A stretch of DNA of 63,236 nucleotides from Erysipelotrichaceae bacterium (GTDB lineage Bacteria > Bacillota_I > Bacilli_A > RFN20 > CAG-826): NCBI GenBank assembly GCA_022777645.1, contig JALFFX010000005.1, positions 1-63,236 of the forward strand, read 5' to 3'. The notes below the pieces were generated by a model, which saw nothing but the letters and a program-made list of their open reading frames with translations, did not search any database and had not been told where the DNA came from. Below are positions 1-8,611 of this stretch, in pieces. Numbering within the stretch: the stretch's first letter is position 1; every line of letters begins with the position of its first letter. The position numbers and the translations under genes are program-made.

Positions 1-237
1 AGACCTAGTGCAGATTTAAGAAATAGATATAAAGAAATAAGTGAACTATGTAAAACTACTGGCCAACCAGTTTATATAACAGTTAATGGCAGAGAAGATA
101 CCGCGCTTATTGATTCGCATGTTTTAGATGAACTTTATCAAACAATCAAATTGATGCAAGCAATAAACCAAGGAATAGCAGACGTTAATTCCGGAAGAGT
201 TATGTCCTTAGAAGACGCAAAAAAGAAATTAATATGA
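1..237 (+). CDS. Phd/YefM-family antitoxin, 5'-truncated by the window edge
   Basis: Frame 1 reads RPSADLRNRYKEISELCKTTGQPVYITVNGREDTALID..., which is typical of Phd/YefM. The TGA stop at 235-237 overlaps the ATG at 234 of the next gene (ATGA junction). Confidence 0.6.
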   Translation, partial: RPSADLRNRYKEISELCKTTGQPVYITVNGREDTALIDSHVLDELYQTIKLMQAINQGIADVNSGRVMSLEDAKKKLI

Positions 238-1070
238 CATATAAAATCATCATCACCAGTAGTGCTTTTTCTGATCTTGAAAGCATCAAACTTTTTATTG
301 CTAAAGATAATTTAGAAATTGCTAAAAAATACATCCTTAAAATATTTGATAGATTTGAACAATTAGAAACTTTCCCTTATAGTGGACTTAAAATAGCTAA
401 TTCTATTTTTGACTACGCGAAGGCATATTGCTTAATATGTGCTAATCATGTAGCAATATATCAAGTTAACGAACATACAAAATGTGTTTATATCTTAAGA
501 GTTTTATCTCATTATCAAGATTGGGAAAATATCGTTAACAAAGACATTCTTTGTAATAAACAAATCATTATTGAAAACGATAGATTGCAAATTGTCAGAA
601 TGAATCAATCAATGTACTGCGATATTTATAAAAATTCGCAAGATGATAACAATCGTAAATTTGCTCCCGATGAAGTATTTAATTCATTAGAAGAAACAAG
701 TGATGTAGTTAACCAAATTATCAATTCTTATGATAGTAAGGACGGACCATTTGTCTACACAGTTATAAGAAAGAAAGATAACATTAATCTTGGTTATGTC
801 CAATTAGTGAAAATAGAAGAAGGATGGGAAATTGGTTATCACATTGCTATGATTTATAACGGCAATGGATACGCCACTGAAGCTGTTAATCTATTTTTGG
901 ATCATATCAAAAACAATACGAATCTTAAACAAATAATCGGTATCGCTTTAGCATCTAATAAAGCCAGCAGAAGAGTGTTGGAGAAATGTGGATTTGAATT
1001 GATATATGAAGGTGCTGGAATATATCAAGGAAGAAAAAGAAAAATCATTAAAGCAATTAAACATTTATGA
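234..1070 (+). CDS. ParE/RelE-like toxin domain fused in frame to a RimJ/RimL-type GNAT acetyltransferase
   Basis: N-terminal ~100 aa: IIITSSAFSDLESIKLFIAKDN...VAIYQVNEHTKCVYILRVLSHYQDW (ParE-like). C-terminal ~170 aa: ENDRLQIVR...GYHIAMIYNGNGYATEAV...SNKASRRVLEKCGFE (Acetyltransf_3-like). There is no stop between the two parts. Confidence 0.55.
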   Translation: MTYKIIITSSAFSDLESIKLFIAKDNLEIAKKYILKIFDRFEQLETFPYSGLKIANSIFDYAKAYCLICANHVAIYQVNEHTKCVYILRVLSHYQDWENIVNKDILCNKQIIIENDRLQIVRMNQSMYCDIYKNSQDDNNRKFAPDEVFNSLEETSDVVNQIINSYDSKDGPFVYTVIRKKDNINLGYVQLVKIEEGWEIGYHIAMIYNGNGYATEAVNLFLDHIKNNTNLKQIIGIALASNKASRRVLEKCGFELIYEGAGIYQGRKRKIIKAIKHL

Positions 1071-1071
1071 G

Positions 1072-1095
1072 CCGAGTATAACAACTCGGTTTTTT
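1072..1095 (+). terminator. Rho-independent terminator
   Basis: CCGAGT-ataaca-ACTCGG followed by TTTTTT, immediately after the stop at 1070. Confidence 0.7.
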
Positions 1096-1220
1096 GTTCC
1101 CAAATGATTTATCCAGCATAGATTAGGCCTCTTATGAGGTCTTTTCTTGTGCCTTGGTTTTTTAAGTGCAAGTTGCACTTTAAGATTGCACTTTAAAGCA
1201 TTTTATGTATAAAATTTTGC

Positions 1221-1418
1221 ACCGATGACGCTACTCATGTGGAGAGCGAAGTGGTTGAATCTGTTTATACTGTCTTAACATAATCGACATGTGAAAGTGA
1301 TGGCTTAGGAAAATATACTGCTACATTTACCAATAGCGCATTCACTGCTCAGACTCACGATGAAGTGATTGCTGGAGGTCATAATTTTGAATTTGATTCT
1401 TGCTTGTTTCTAATATAA
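1221..1418 (+). pseudogene. Remnant of a surface/lipoprotein gene (TCxxxG...GH-type repeat)
   Basis: A single frame reads TDDATHVESEVVESVYTVLT*STCESDGLGKYTATFTNSAFTAQTHDEVIAGGHNFEFDSC, with an internal TAA and no start or RBS. It resembles the H-x-W/TC..C segment of ORF 57029-58999. Confidence 0.3.
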
Positions 1419-1555
1419 GTTATCTGAAAACAATAATTTGTAGTTAGAATAATCGGTCTTTTTCATATCTAACTGTGACAAGTTGAAAGAAACCATTCGC
1501 GACATCTCTATTAATAGAAAGATAACCAATCTAATTAATAATTAAAATCCCATAT

Positions 1556-1589
1556 TTGGAATAGTGTCCTAGAAAACCAACATTTATCT
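1556..1589 (+). repeat. Copy 1 of a 34-bp exact long-range direct repeat (partner at 60761-60794)
   Basis: TTGGAATAGTGTCCTAGAAAACCAACATTTATCT is identical at both sites. Roughly 70 percent identity continues for about 24 nt downstream. Confidence 0.9.
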
Positions 1590-1631
1590 CTGAGATTTTC
1601 CTACGCAAGTTTTGATGTTTATATAATATGA

Positions 1632-4600
1632 TTACTCCTCATCAAAAAGGCTCATCTGAGTATAGGCTTCTTCTATATTCGGTAAATCTTTAACAACAAA
1701 TTCAAATAAGCTGATGATAGACTCATAATCTTTGACAGCACTGTTTGGAATACGAATTAGCTTAATTCCATATTGTTTACAGATGTATTCTTTTTGCCTA
1801 TCGAGTTGGGCGGTTCTTTTGCTACCAATGTGTTCGCCACCATCAATCTCAAAAACAACGATTGTGTGGTACTGGCGATTTAAAAAACCACCACTTACCT
1901 GGACAACAACATCGAATTCTTTTTTGCCCATTAATTTAAGATCATCTGTATTGATGGCTTTGATTGCTTCTTTTACAGGAACATTGCGTTCTACTCTAAA
2001 TTTGCTACCACGTCTATTGAAATATGGCTGAACGGTATCGAAGAAATCTTTTTCGTTTTTGGAGTCATTTGAAAAATCGTATGAAATCACAGCATCACTT
2101 TTAGGAACAATGATTTCACCATTCTTATATACATAATCAGACAAGACCTTAATGTCGTTGGTTTCTTCGCCACTTAATTTATCAATAGCTTCTTTATCAC
2201 CAACAAAAATAAACTTTTCTTTCGCTCTAGTAACACCAACGTTAATCAATTCATGATTGTTTTTAATCCAATCCATTGTCTTTTTACCAGTTCTTGGTGA
2301 AAGAGCGGCTGACATAATAATCACCGATTTCTCTGATCCTTGGAGCGTATGAATTGTTCCTGCTCTTACATTATTTACACCGTTTTTCATTAATAAATCG
2401 TTAACAAGAGCAGCTTGATTAACAAACGGGGTAATAATGCCTACATCTTCATATCCATTTTCTTTAATTATCTTTGCTATTTGAGCAGCTTCTTCACGAT
2501 AAGAATTTCTCGCTTCTGGGTTATATGTATTGTGGACATCGTAATAAACCAAGTCACCATTATTATCATTCAATAATTTTAATTGCTGCTCGTAGAATCG
2601 TTGATTTACGAAACTAGCAATCTTTCTTCCACATCTGTAGTGGTATCTAAGCAAAATATTTTTAGAGTTGTTGTCTTTGCGAAGCATTGTAGAAAGAATT
2701 GAGTTATGAACATAGTCATACTCCTCTCCAACACCATACTGATCCATCAACAATTCATTTACGTCTTGTTCTATGACTGTAACTGGCTGCAATTGATTTG
2801 TATCTCCAACTAAGAGCAAGTCTGTGCCTCTAACAATAGGAATTAGTGAAGTAGCAGTATTGCATTGGCCAGATTCGTCCATAATAACCAAGTCGAATTG
2901 TGGCTTTGGAGAGCCAAGCTTTTCACAAGATAAATTAGTGCAAATAACCAATGGAAAAATTGCTAAAAGCCTTCTTAGATTAGTGTCATTCCTCAAATAT
3001 TTATTGAATTGTCTGACCCCTTCTTCTAAATCATCAATAGCAATAATATCTCTTAGTTCTTTATACGTATCATTCGACAATCTTTTAAATCTCAATAAAG
3101 AAGAATAATAAACATAGTTTTGGAAGTTTTTGTCTTCCGATGCAGAAATAGCATATTTAAGGACATCTTCATCTTTAATGACTCTGGCGTTATTAAGCTT
3201 AGCTTGATATGCACCAATTTGATCATCAAGCTTGCCATTAATTTGTCCGATTGTTGTTAATTTTCTTATCTTTTGAAGAGTTTCTATTCTTTCTTTCAAA
3301 TCAACTTGTGATTCGTATTCCATAAGTAAGTTTTTTAACTCTTTAAAGCCAGATAGAGACCTGTTTTTACTTGCTTCAGTTAATTCTTCTTGAACTCTTG
3401 ATTTCTCGTGTCTTGAGACGAAATTCATTATTTCTCTTAACTTTCTTATGGTTTCTTGCGTTTCAATGTTATTGCCCAATCTAATCATTGGGAAAATAAT
3501 TTTTTCAGTCTCTGTTGAGAATGGCCTTTTAATAGAAAGAGATCCATCCATCTTCTTAAAGATATCATTTACAGGATGATTATTATTTGAGCACACTAAA
3601 ACGGTTTTATCGTTTGCGTAAGCAGATAAAAGAACATTGAAAATTGTTTCTGTTTTTCCTGTTCCTGGTGGTCCTTTAACATAAGTCACATGATTGACCA
3701 TTGAATTGTAAACTACCCTCATTTGGTCAATGTTGATTTTGTTTCTATTAAAAACAACAAGATTTACTTCTTTTGATGTTCCGCTTCTGCTCTTATTCCT
3801 TCCAAAGAAAGCCTTAAGTGGTATTGATAATTTGCCTTCTTGGTCCATTTCATGAATAGCTTCAAAAGCTTGATCAACGCCACGTTGAGAATCTCTCATC
3901 AGGAAAAATATGGTTGGACGTGTGTTTGATTTTTCGCCATTATGGAAATTTTCTTCAATATGTTTTTTATATTCTTCCTCATTTTTATCGTAAGTGGAAC
4001 AAAACTCATCCGCATCCATGTCTAAATACATTCCTAATGACACTTTCTTCCCGTCGATTAAGAATGATTTGTTAATAGATGATTTATCAGACATCTTGAG
4101 CGTTTTATTTTTGAAATTTAGTGTAAGCGTTCTATAAGCAACAACATATTGTTTGTTGTTTATGTCGATTGAAAACTTATTTATTGCTAATGTTTGATAA
4201 CGATTAATGATTTCAGCTTCATATTTTGTCTTTTTAAAAATCTTATCTAGAAGTGTATTGAATTGTTTGTCATCGAGTTCATATTTTCCTTTTTCAGAAA
4301 GAGTGTGAATATCAATTCCATCTACCATCACTATTTCTTTTAAGAAAGGATCGTTGTCCATGCGATAGCAATCAGAAAGATATCTTAAGATATTGTTATC
4401 AAAATTTACTACGTCAAGAAAATCTCCGATACTTTTATCTGTAGTAACCTTTGTTAATAATTCTTTGGATGTATCATAGTAGCTTTGCTCTAAAACAGAA
4501 GCAGATTTTATACCGTTTAGATAAATAAAGGTATCTGATTTATCTTTTATTACCTCAGTGCTTTTGAACGGATTAAAAATATCACAATAGATTCTGCCCT

Positions 4601-4730
4601 TTTCAATATCTATATCTTTAATTCCGATGTAATAGTCAGTCGTTTCTTCCTTTTTGTTTACATACGAAATATCCAACCATTTGTTGTGAATAATTGCCTG
4701 ATATATCGAGTTCTTGATTGATAATTTCAT
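1632..4730 (-). CDS. WYL-like N-terminus + SF1 (Upf1/DNA2-like, AAA_11/AAA_12) helicase + C-terminal PD-(D/E)xK (DUF2726/Vsr-like) nuclease
   Basis: Walker A VKGPPGTGKTE, Walker B VIMDESGQ, motif VI NVGVTRAKEKFIFVGD. C-terminus: FDVVVQV...VFEIDGGEH...LDRQKEYICKQYGIKLIRI. N-terminus: WLDISYVNKKEETTDYYIGIKDIDIEKGRIYCDIF (WYL-like). The ATG at 4730 is preferred over the upstream TTG at 4748. Confidence 0.75.
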   Translation of the reverse strand: MKLSIKNSIYQAIIHNKWLDISYVNKKEETTDYYIGIKDIDIEKGRIYCDIFNPFKSTEVIKDKSDTFIYLNGIKSASVLEQSYYDTSKELLTKVTTDKSIGDFLDVVNFDNNILRYLSDCYRMDNDPFLKEIVMVDGIDIHTLSEKGKYELDDKQFNTLLDKIFKKTKYEAEIINRYQTLAINKFSIDINNKQYVVAYRTLTLNFKNKTLKMSDKSSINKSFLIDGKKVSLGMYLDMDADEFCSTYDKNEEEYKKHIEENFHNGEKSNTRPTIFFLMRDSQRGVDQAFEAIHEMDQEGKLSIPLKAFFGRNKSRSGTSKEVNLVVFNRNKINIDQMRVVYNSMVNHVTYVKGPPGTGKTETIFNVLLSAYANDKTVLVCSNNNHPVNDIFKKMDGSLSIKRPFSTETEKIIFPMIRLGNNIETQETIRKLREIMNFVSRHEKSRVQEELTEASKNRSLSGFKELKNLLMEYESQVDLKERIETLQKIRKLTTIGQINGKLDDQIGAYQAKLNNARVIKDEDVLKYAISASEDKNFQNYVYYSSLLRFKRLSNDTYKELRDIIAIDDLEEGVRQFNKYLRNDTNLRRLLAIFPLVICTNLSCEKLGSPKPQFDLVIMDESGQCNTATSLIPIVRGTDLLLVGDTNQLQPVTVIEQDVNELLMDQYGVGEEYDYVHNSILSTMLRKDNNSKNILLRYHYRCGRKIASFVNQRFYEQQLKLLNDNNGDLVYYDVHNTYNPEARNSYREEAAQIAKIIKENGYEDVGIITPFVNQAALVNDLLMKNGVNNVRAGTIHTLQGSEKSVIIMSAALSPRTGKKTMDWIKNNHELINVGVTRAKEKFIFVGDKEAIDKLSGEETNDIKVLSDYVYKNGEIIVPKSDAVISYDFSNDSKNEKDFFDTVQPYFNRRGSKFRVERNVPVKEAIKAINTDDLKLMGKKEFDVVVQVSGGFLNRQYHTIVVFEIDGGEHIGSKRTAQLDRQKEYICKQYGIKLIRIPNSAVKDYESIISLFEFVVKDLPNIEEAYTQMSLFDEE

Positions 4731-4925
4731 GGATGTTGTCCTATGCAATCTCTTTAGATTTAATTAAATCGAGAATTGTGTTCAATAATGAAACTGGATA
4801 AATAATAACATCGTATTCTCTGCCACTTCCATCCAAGGATATGTAAATCCTAACTAAAGTTTACTATACCATAATTGCTTTTTCTTATCTATTTGTAGTT
4901 AAGAAGGATAAATTATTGTGAGAGT

Positions 4926-4971
4926 AAAAAGACCACAAATTCCTTTTGTATTAAGGAAATGTGGCCTTTTT
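4926..4971 (-). terminator. Strong, bidirectional-looking hairpin terminator after the dual-HEPN gene
   Basis: AAAAAGACCACAAATTCCTT-loop-AAGGAAATGTGGCCTTTTT sits 3 nt from the stop at 4974-4976. Confidence 0.7.
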
Positions 4972-4973
4972 AC

Positions 4974-6695
4974 TTACTTAGATAATTCTATTTCTATTAT
5001 TAACCCGCAATCTTTTTCGCTAATAATTACATATCCGAAACATGAACAGAAGAAAACTAATCTTTCACGGCTTTTTGTGTTGTCATAAAAATATAAGCAG
5101 TCATCGGTATCCGGCAAATGAACTTGAATGACTCTGATGCTTTGAATCTCGAAATTAGTAATCTCATTGAACATTGTCACATCGAAGAACGAATTCTTGA
5201 TATAAGCATTTTTCTTTGCTAATTCTTTTTTATCGTATTTCGGATAATCATCAATTACTTTATCCGTGTAATTAATGGCGATTTTATATTTTATTTTAAG
5301 AATCTTATTAATTAAGAATTCGCGTTTATACTCTTTGAAATTATTAAAAACATCTTTTTGATTACGTTCTAAAAAGTCAGAAAGTGATTTGATTGTTTTA
5401 ACAATATATTCCAAAGTAAACTGTCTTACCTCATCTCTATAAATAAGGTAATCATTTAAGACATAACCATGAGCACAAAAGTTCCTCAAATAAATGACTT
5501 CATTTAATATCTCATCTGGTGTATTGATATAGCTTAAGGCTTTAGCTAATGATGTGTAATCAGAACCTCTATTAATTTTTCTTGTTCTATAGATGAAATT
5601 TTCTGTAGCAAGTAATAATCGCGATAGACCATCCGTCATTAAAGATGACATGATTCTAAAGTCAGACGCTTTGTCTTTAAACATCAAAAGAGCAAGATTT
5701 TTATCAGCGTAAAATTTTGGTCTATTTATTTTTGAAATTATTTCGAATCTATCATTAATTACGGAAGCTGATTCCTTATTAAAAACGGTAATACCTGATT
5801 CATATAAGTAATCAACTAATCCAAAAGGCGGCAACAAATTTGCTAATCTTATGAATTCTTTCTCATCCTCAATCTTTAGAACATAATCATCTTTGTAATA
5901 AGTTCGCGTTAATGATCCTTTTTGAATAATCAATCTCTTGCCATCTAATGTACAATCAACCTTAAAAGTTGGATAAGTTTCTCTGCCTATTGAAATAGAA
6001 TACTTTGTTCCATCAATTGAAGCCTTATCAAAGAGTTCGCCCATTAAAGATGTAGCAATATCACTACCTCTCTTTTTACGTATTTCAATTTCTAAGTTTG
6101 TGTGACTGATTTCATTAACAAATCTTTGACCATCATCTAGCTCATATTTTCCGTTGCTAATAACGCCAATTAAATAGTCATCTTTATTTAAAGTTGCAAT
6201 AGATTGACTTCTTAAAAAACTTAAAACGATAAAAAGCACCCCGGCAACGGTAACCTTATCATCAACTAAGTATTTAATAGATCCGTGAAAATGTTTTTGA
6301 TTTTGTAAGAAAGAAAAATCCGACTCTAAGAAGGATGTATCTTCTTTGCTAATAAAAACATGAGCGTTAATGTTTCTTAATGAAGTTAAATAATAACTCA
6401 ATTTTTCAATATCAACAGAATCACCATTATTAAACATAGTCAAGCAAGCATTTGGATACATTTCTTTTAATTTGTTTTCGTCAACAGAGACCATCGATAA
6501 ATCACAGCCAAAGGTACCTCTTATTGTTCTTTCAATATCAATAATTCCGCTTAAGATATTTGCTTTAAGATGGCTGAAATACGACCTGTCAACAAATTGA
6601 ATTTTGGCTTTATAGAAATCTTGTGCGGTCATGTTTAAGAGTTCTATTACATCGTTAATGTTACTATTGTTTCTGGTTCCAATTTTAAATGCCAT
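4974..6695 (-). CDS. Dual-HEPN protein (two RNxxAH motifs), putative RNase effector
   Basis: R107-NINA-H112 is encoded at 6360-6377 and R404-NFCA-H409 at 5469-5486; I verified both by reverse-complementing the DNA. Strong RBS AAGGAGAA lies 6 nt upstream of the ATG. Confidence 0.6.
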   Translation of the reverse strand: MAFKIGTRNNSNINDVIELLNMTAQDFYKAKIQFVDRSYFSHLKANILSGIIDIERTIRGTFGCDLSMVSVDENKLKEMYPNACLTMFNNGDSVDIEKLSYYLTSLRNINAHVFISKEDTSFLESDFSFLQNQKHFHGSIKYLVDDKVTVAGVLFIVLSFLRSQSIATLNKDDYLIGVISNGKYELDDGQRFVNEISHTNLEIEIRKKRGSDIATSLMGELFDKASIDGTKYSISIGRETYPTFKVDCTLDGKRLIIQKGSLTRTYYKDDYVLKIEDEKEFIRLANLLPPFGLVDYLYESGITVFNKESASVINDRFEIISKINRPKFYADKNLALLMFKDKASDFRIMSSLMTDGLSRLLLATENFIYRTRKINRGSDYTSLAKALSYINTPDEILNEVIYLRNFCAHGYVLNDYLIYRDEVRQFTLEYIVKTIKSLSDFLERNQKDVFNNFKEYKREFLINKILKIKYKIAINYTDKVIDDYPKYDKKELAKKNAYIKNSFFDVTMFNEITNFEIQSIRVIQVHLPDTDDCLYFYDNTKSRERLVFFCSCFGYVIISEKDCGLIIEIELSK

Positions 6696-6831
6696 ATGAT
6701 TTTCTCCTTAATCTAGTAATACAAATGAAGAGTTTATTTTCTTTATTCTTTCTGCTGGTTTCTTATCGACACCAATATTATATAATGAAAATAGATAGCA
6801 AAACGTTTTTGTCCCAAAAAGAGTAACAAAT

Positions 6832-7605
6832 TTATTTAAATGATATTTCTTCATATCCCAAATCTTTAGAAACACATACATGGTCACCATAGATCGGAAC
6901 TAGTTTATCGACTTTAATTAAATCTTTAGCAGGCCCTTCATCACATACAACACCATTATGAATAAGCACAACATTCGCATTTAAGAATAGTGCGTGATTA
7001 GGATTATGTGTGGAAAGAATAATTGTTTTATTTTCTTCTTTAGAAATATCTTTTAGAAGAGATAAGACTAGATTTTGATTCTTCATATCGAGAGCGGATG
7101 TTGGCTCGTCTAGAAGTATTACTGGTGTTTTTTGGATTAAAGCACACGCTATTAAGACTATTTGAAGTTCGCCACCACTTATCTCACCTAGATTCTTATC
7201 TAATAAATGAGTGATATGGAGTTTTTCGGCTGTAGCTTCAACTAGTTCCATTTCTTCTTTGCCAGGATGCTCATAGAATGCGAGCGTGTTTGTAGTTCCG
7301 TAAGATAAATATTGCCTAACAGGAACATCGTTAGTGACATTAGCTTGTTGAGGCACATATGAGAATGTTTTTGCTCTTTCTCTAATCTTCATCTTTTGGA
7401 GGTCAAAGAGGCCATATTCAATAATTCCTTCTAAAGGTTTTTCTAATCCAGCAAGTAGCTTAATTAATGTTGTTTTGCCACAGCCATTTAAGCCGAGCAA
7501 AACATTAACAGAACCTTCTTTGATGTTGAGGTTTATTGAATTTAACACTGGTTTTGCAGCTTTTTTATCATATTTAAAAGATAAATTAGATGTCTTTATG
7601 CTCAT
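6832..7605 (-). CDS. ABC transporter ATP-binding protein (FepC/BtuD-like)
   Basis: Walker A GLNGCGKTT, signature ISGGELQ, Walker B ILLDEPTSALD. Confidence 0.85.
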   Translation of the reverse strand: MSIKTSNLSFKYDKKAAKPVLNSINLNIKEGSVNVLLGLNGCGKTTLIKLLAGLEKPLEGIIEYGLFDLQKMKIRERAKTFSYVPQQANVTNDVPVRQYLSYGTTNTLAFYEHPGKEEMELVEATAEKLHITHLLDKNLGEISGGELQIVLIACALIQKTPVILLDEPTSALDMKNQNLVLSLLKDISKEENKTIILSTHNPNHALFLNANVVLIHNGVVCDEGPAKDLIKVDKLVPIYGDHVCVSKDLGYEEISFK

Positions 7606-8611
7606 TTAACTTACTCCTTTTAACAATTAAAATTACTACAAATATAAGCGTACCAATTAAGCCTGTCACCGCACTTAATGGAATCTCTGAATCAGTAAAT
7701 GTTCTAGAAAGTATATCGACTAAAATCGTAAATGTTCCACCGAAAGTAATGCATAAAGGTATTGTTCTTTTAGCGTCTCTTCCAGCTAGCAAACGTACGA
7801 TATGTGGAATAACTAAACCGATCCAAGATATGGTTCCGCAGAAGCATACAGATATAGCTGTAAGAACAGTTGATAAAACAATAATTAAACCACGATAAAA
7901 GTTATAGTTAATGCCTTTTGTTTGAGCTTCTGCTTTTCCTTGATTAACTAAATTAATTGGATGGGAAATAAGAAGCAAAACAATAACGCAAACAACTACC
8001 ACTCCCATGAGGATGTAATTGCGATTCATATCAGCGCTTTCGAATGAGCCCATCAACCAATATGTAATACTAGCGAGTGTTGTAATATCGGACGAAAAGT
8101 ATTTGATCATCGATAAGATTGCGGACATGAATCCACCAACTATAATGCCAGACAAGAGCAAAATAGTTGATGAACCATTTCTAAATAGTTTCGATATCAA
8201 CACTGTTGCAAAAACAGTTAATAAACCTATAACAAATGCAAATACACTAATTAATGCAGATGACAATCCAAGAACAATAGCAAGTGCTGCACCTACTGAC
8301 GCTCCAGTACTAACACCTAATAAATCAGGCGATACCAATTTGTTTCTAAATGTTTCTTGGTAAAGTAAACCAGATAACGACAAGCCGATTCCAACAAATG
8401 CGGCCATTATCGTTCTAGGAAATCTAAGGTTAGTAATAATACTTCTTTGTGTATCTAATGATGAATCATCAGTAAAGACAGCCTTGAAGAAATCTCCAAT
8501 TCCGATTTTGTATCTGCCAAGCATTAATGCAAGAGCAAATATAATAGCAAATACGGCTATAGAGATAATAAATGATATTATTGTTCTTCTTTTTAATACT
8601 TTCTCATTCAT
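7586..8611 (-). CDS. FecCD-family ABC permease
   Basis: Polytopic membrane protein with an RFPRTIMAAFVGIGLSLSGLLYQ-type FecCD signature. Its start overlaps the upstream stop (TAATG). Confidence 0.85.
   Translation of the reverse strand: MNEKVLKRRTIISFIISIAVFAIIFALALMLGRYKIGIGDFFKAVFTDDSSLDTQRSIITNLRFPRTIMAAFVGIGLSLSGLLYQETFRNKLVSPDLLGVSTGASVGAALAIVLGLSSALISVFAFVIGLLTVFATVLISKLFRNGSSTILLLSGIIVGGFMSAILSMIKYFSSDITTLASITYWLMGSFESADMNRNYILMGVVVVCVIVLLLISHPINLVNQGKAEAQTKGINYNFYRGLIIVLSTVLTAISVCFCGTISWIGLVIPHIVRLLAGRDAKRTIPLCITFGGTFTILVDILSRTFTDSEIPLSAVTGLIGTLIFVVILIVKRSKLNEHKDI

Noticed and set aside
1732-3108. Plus-strand ORFs 1732-2031 and 2824-3108. The same applies to other antisense ORFs in the track, such as 7590-7898, 8019-8363, 9249-9512, 10868-11089, 12347-12634, 13805-13999, 15185-15388, 17837-18040, 18495-18704, 19278-19481, 26084-26338, 28088-28619, 29076-29693, 31517-31729, 32465-33821, 40243-40524, 43970-44237, 48310-49402, 52892-53511, 54155-54492 and 57916-58155.
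   Set aside because: They lie entirely inside, and antisense to or out of frame with, long ORFs that have clear conserved motifs. They have low-complexity or odd composition and no RBS, so they are shadow ORFs.
1080-6831. A CRISPR array that would make the dual-HEPN protein a miniature Cas13.
   Set aside because: I read the non-coding stretches 1080-1631, 4731-4973 and 6696-6831 on both strands. They contain terminator hairpins, a gene remnant and short local repeats (for example TGCACTTTAA twice near 1173-1195), but no regularly spaced 28-37-bp repeats.
6708-6890. A 60-aa minus-strand ORF between the ABC ATPase gene and the dual-HEPN gene.
   Set aside because: It overlaps the end of the ATPase gene out of frame, has no RBS, and spans the promoter/hairpin region.
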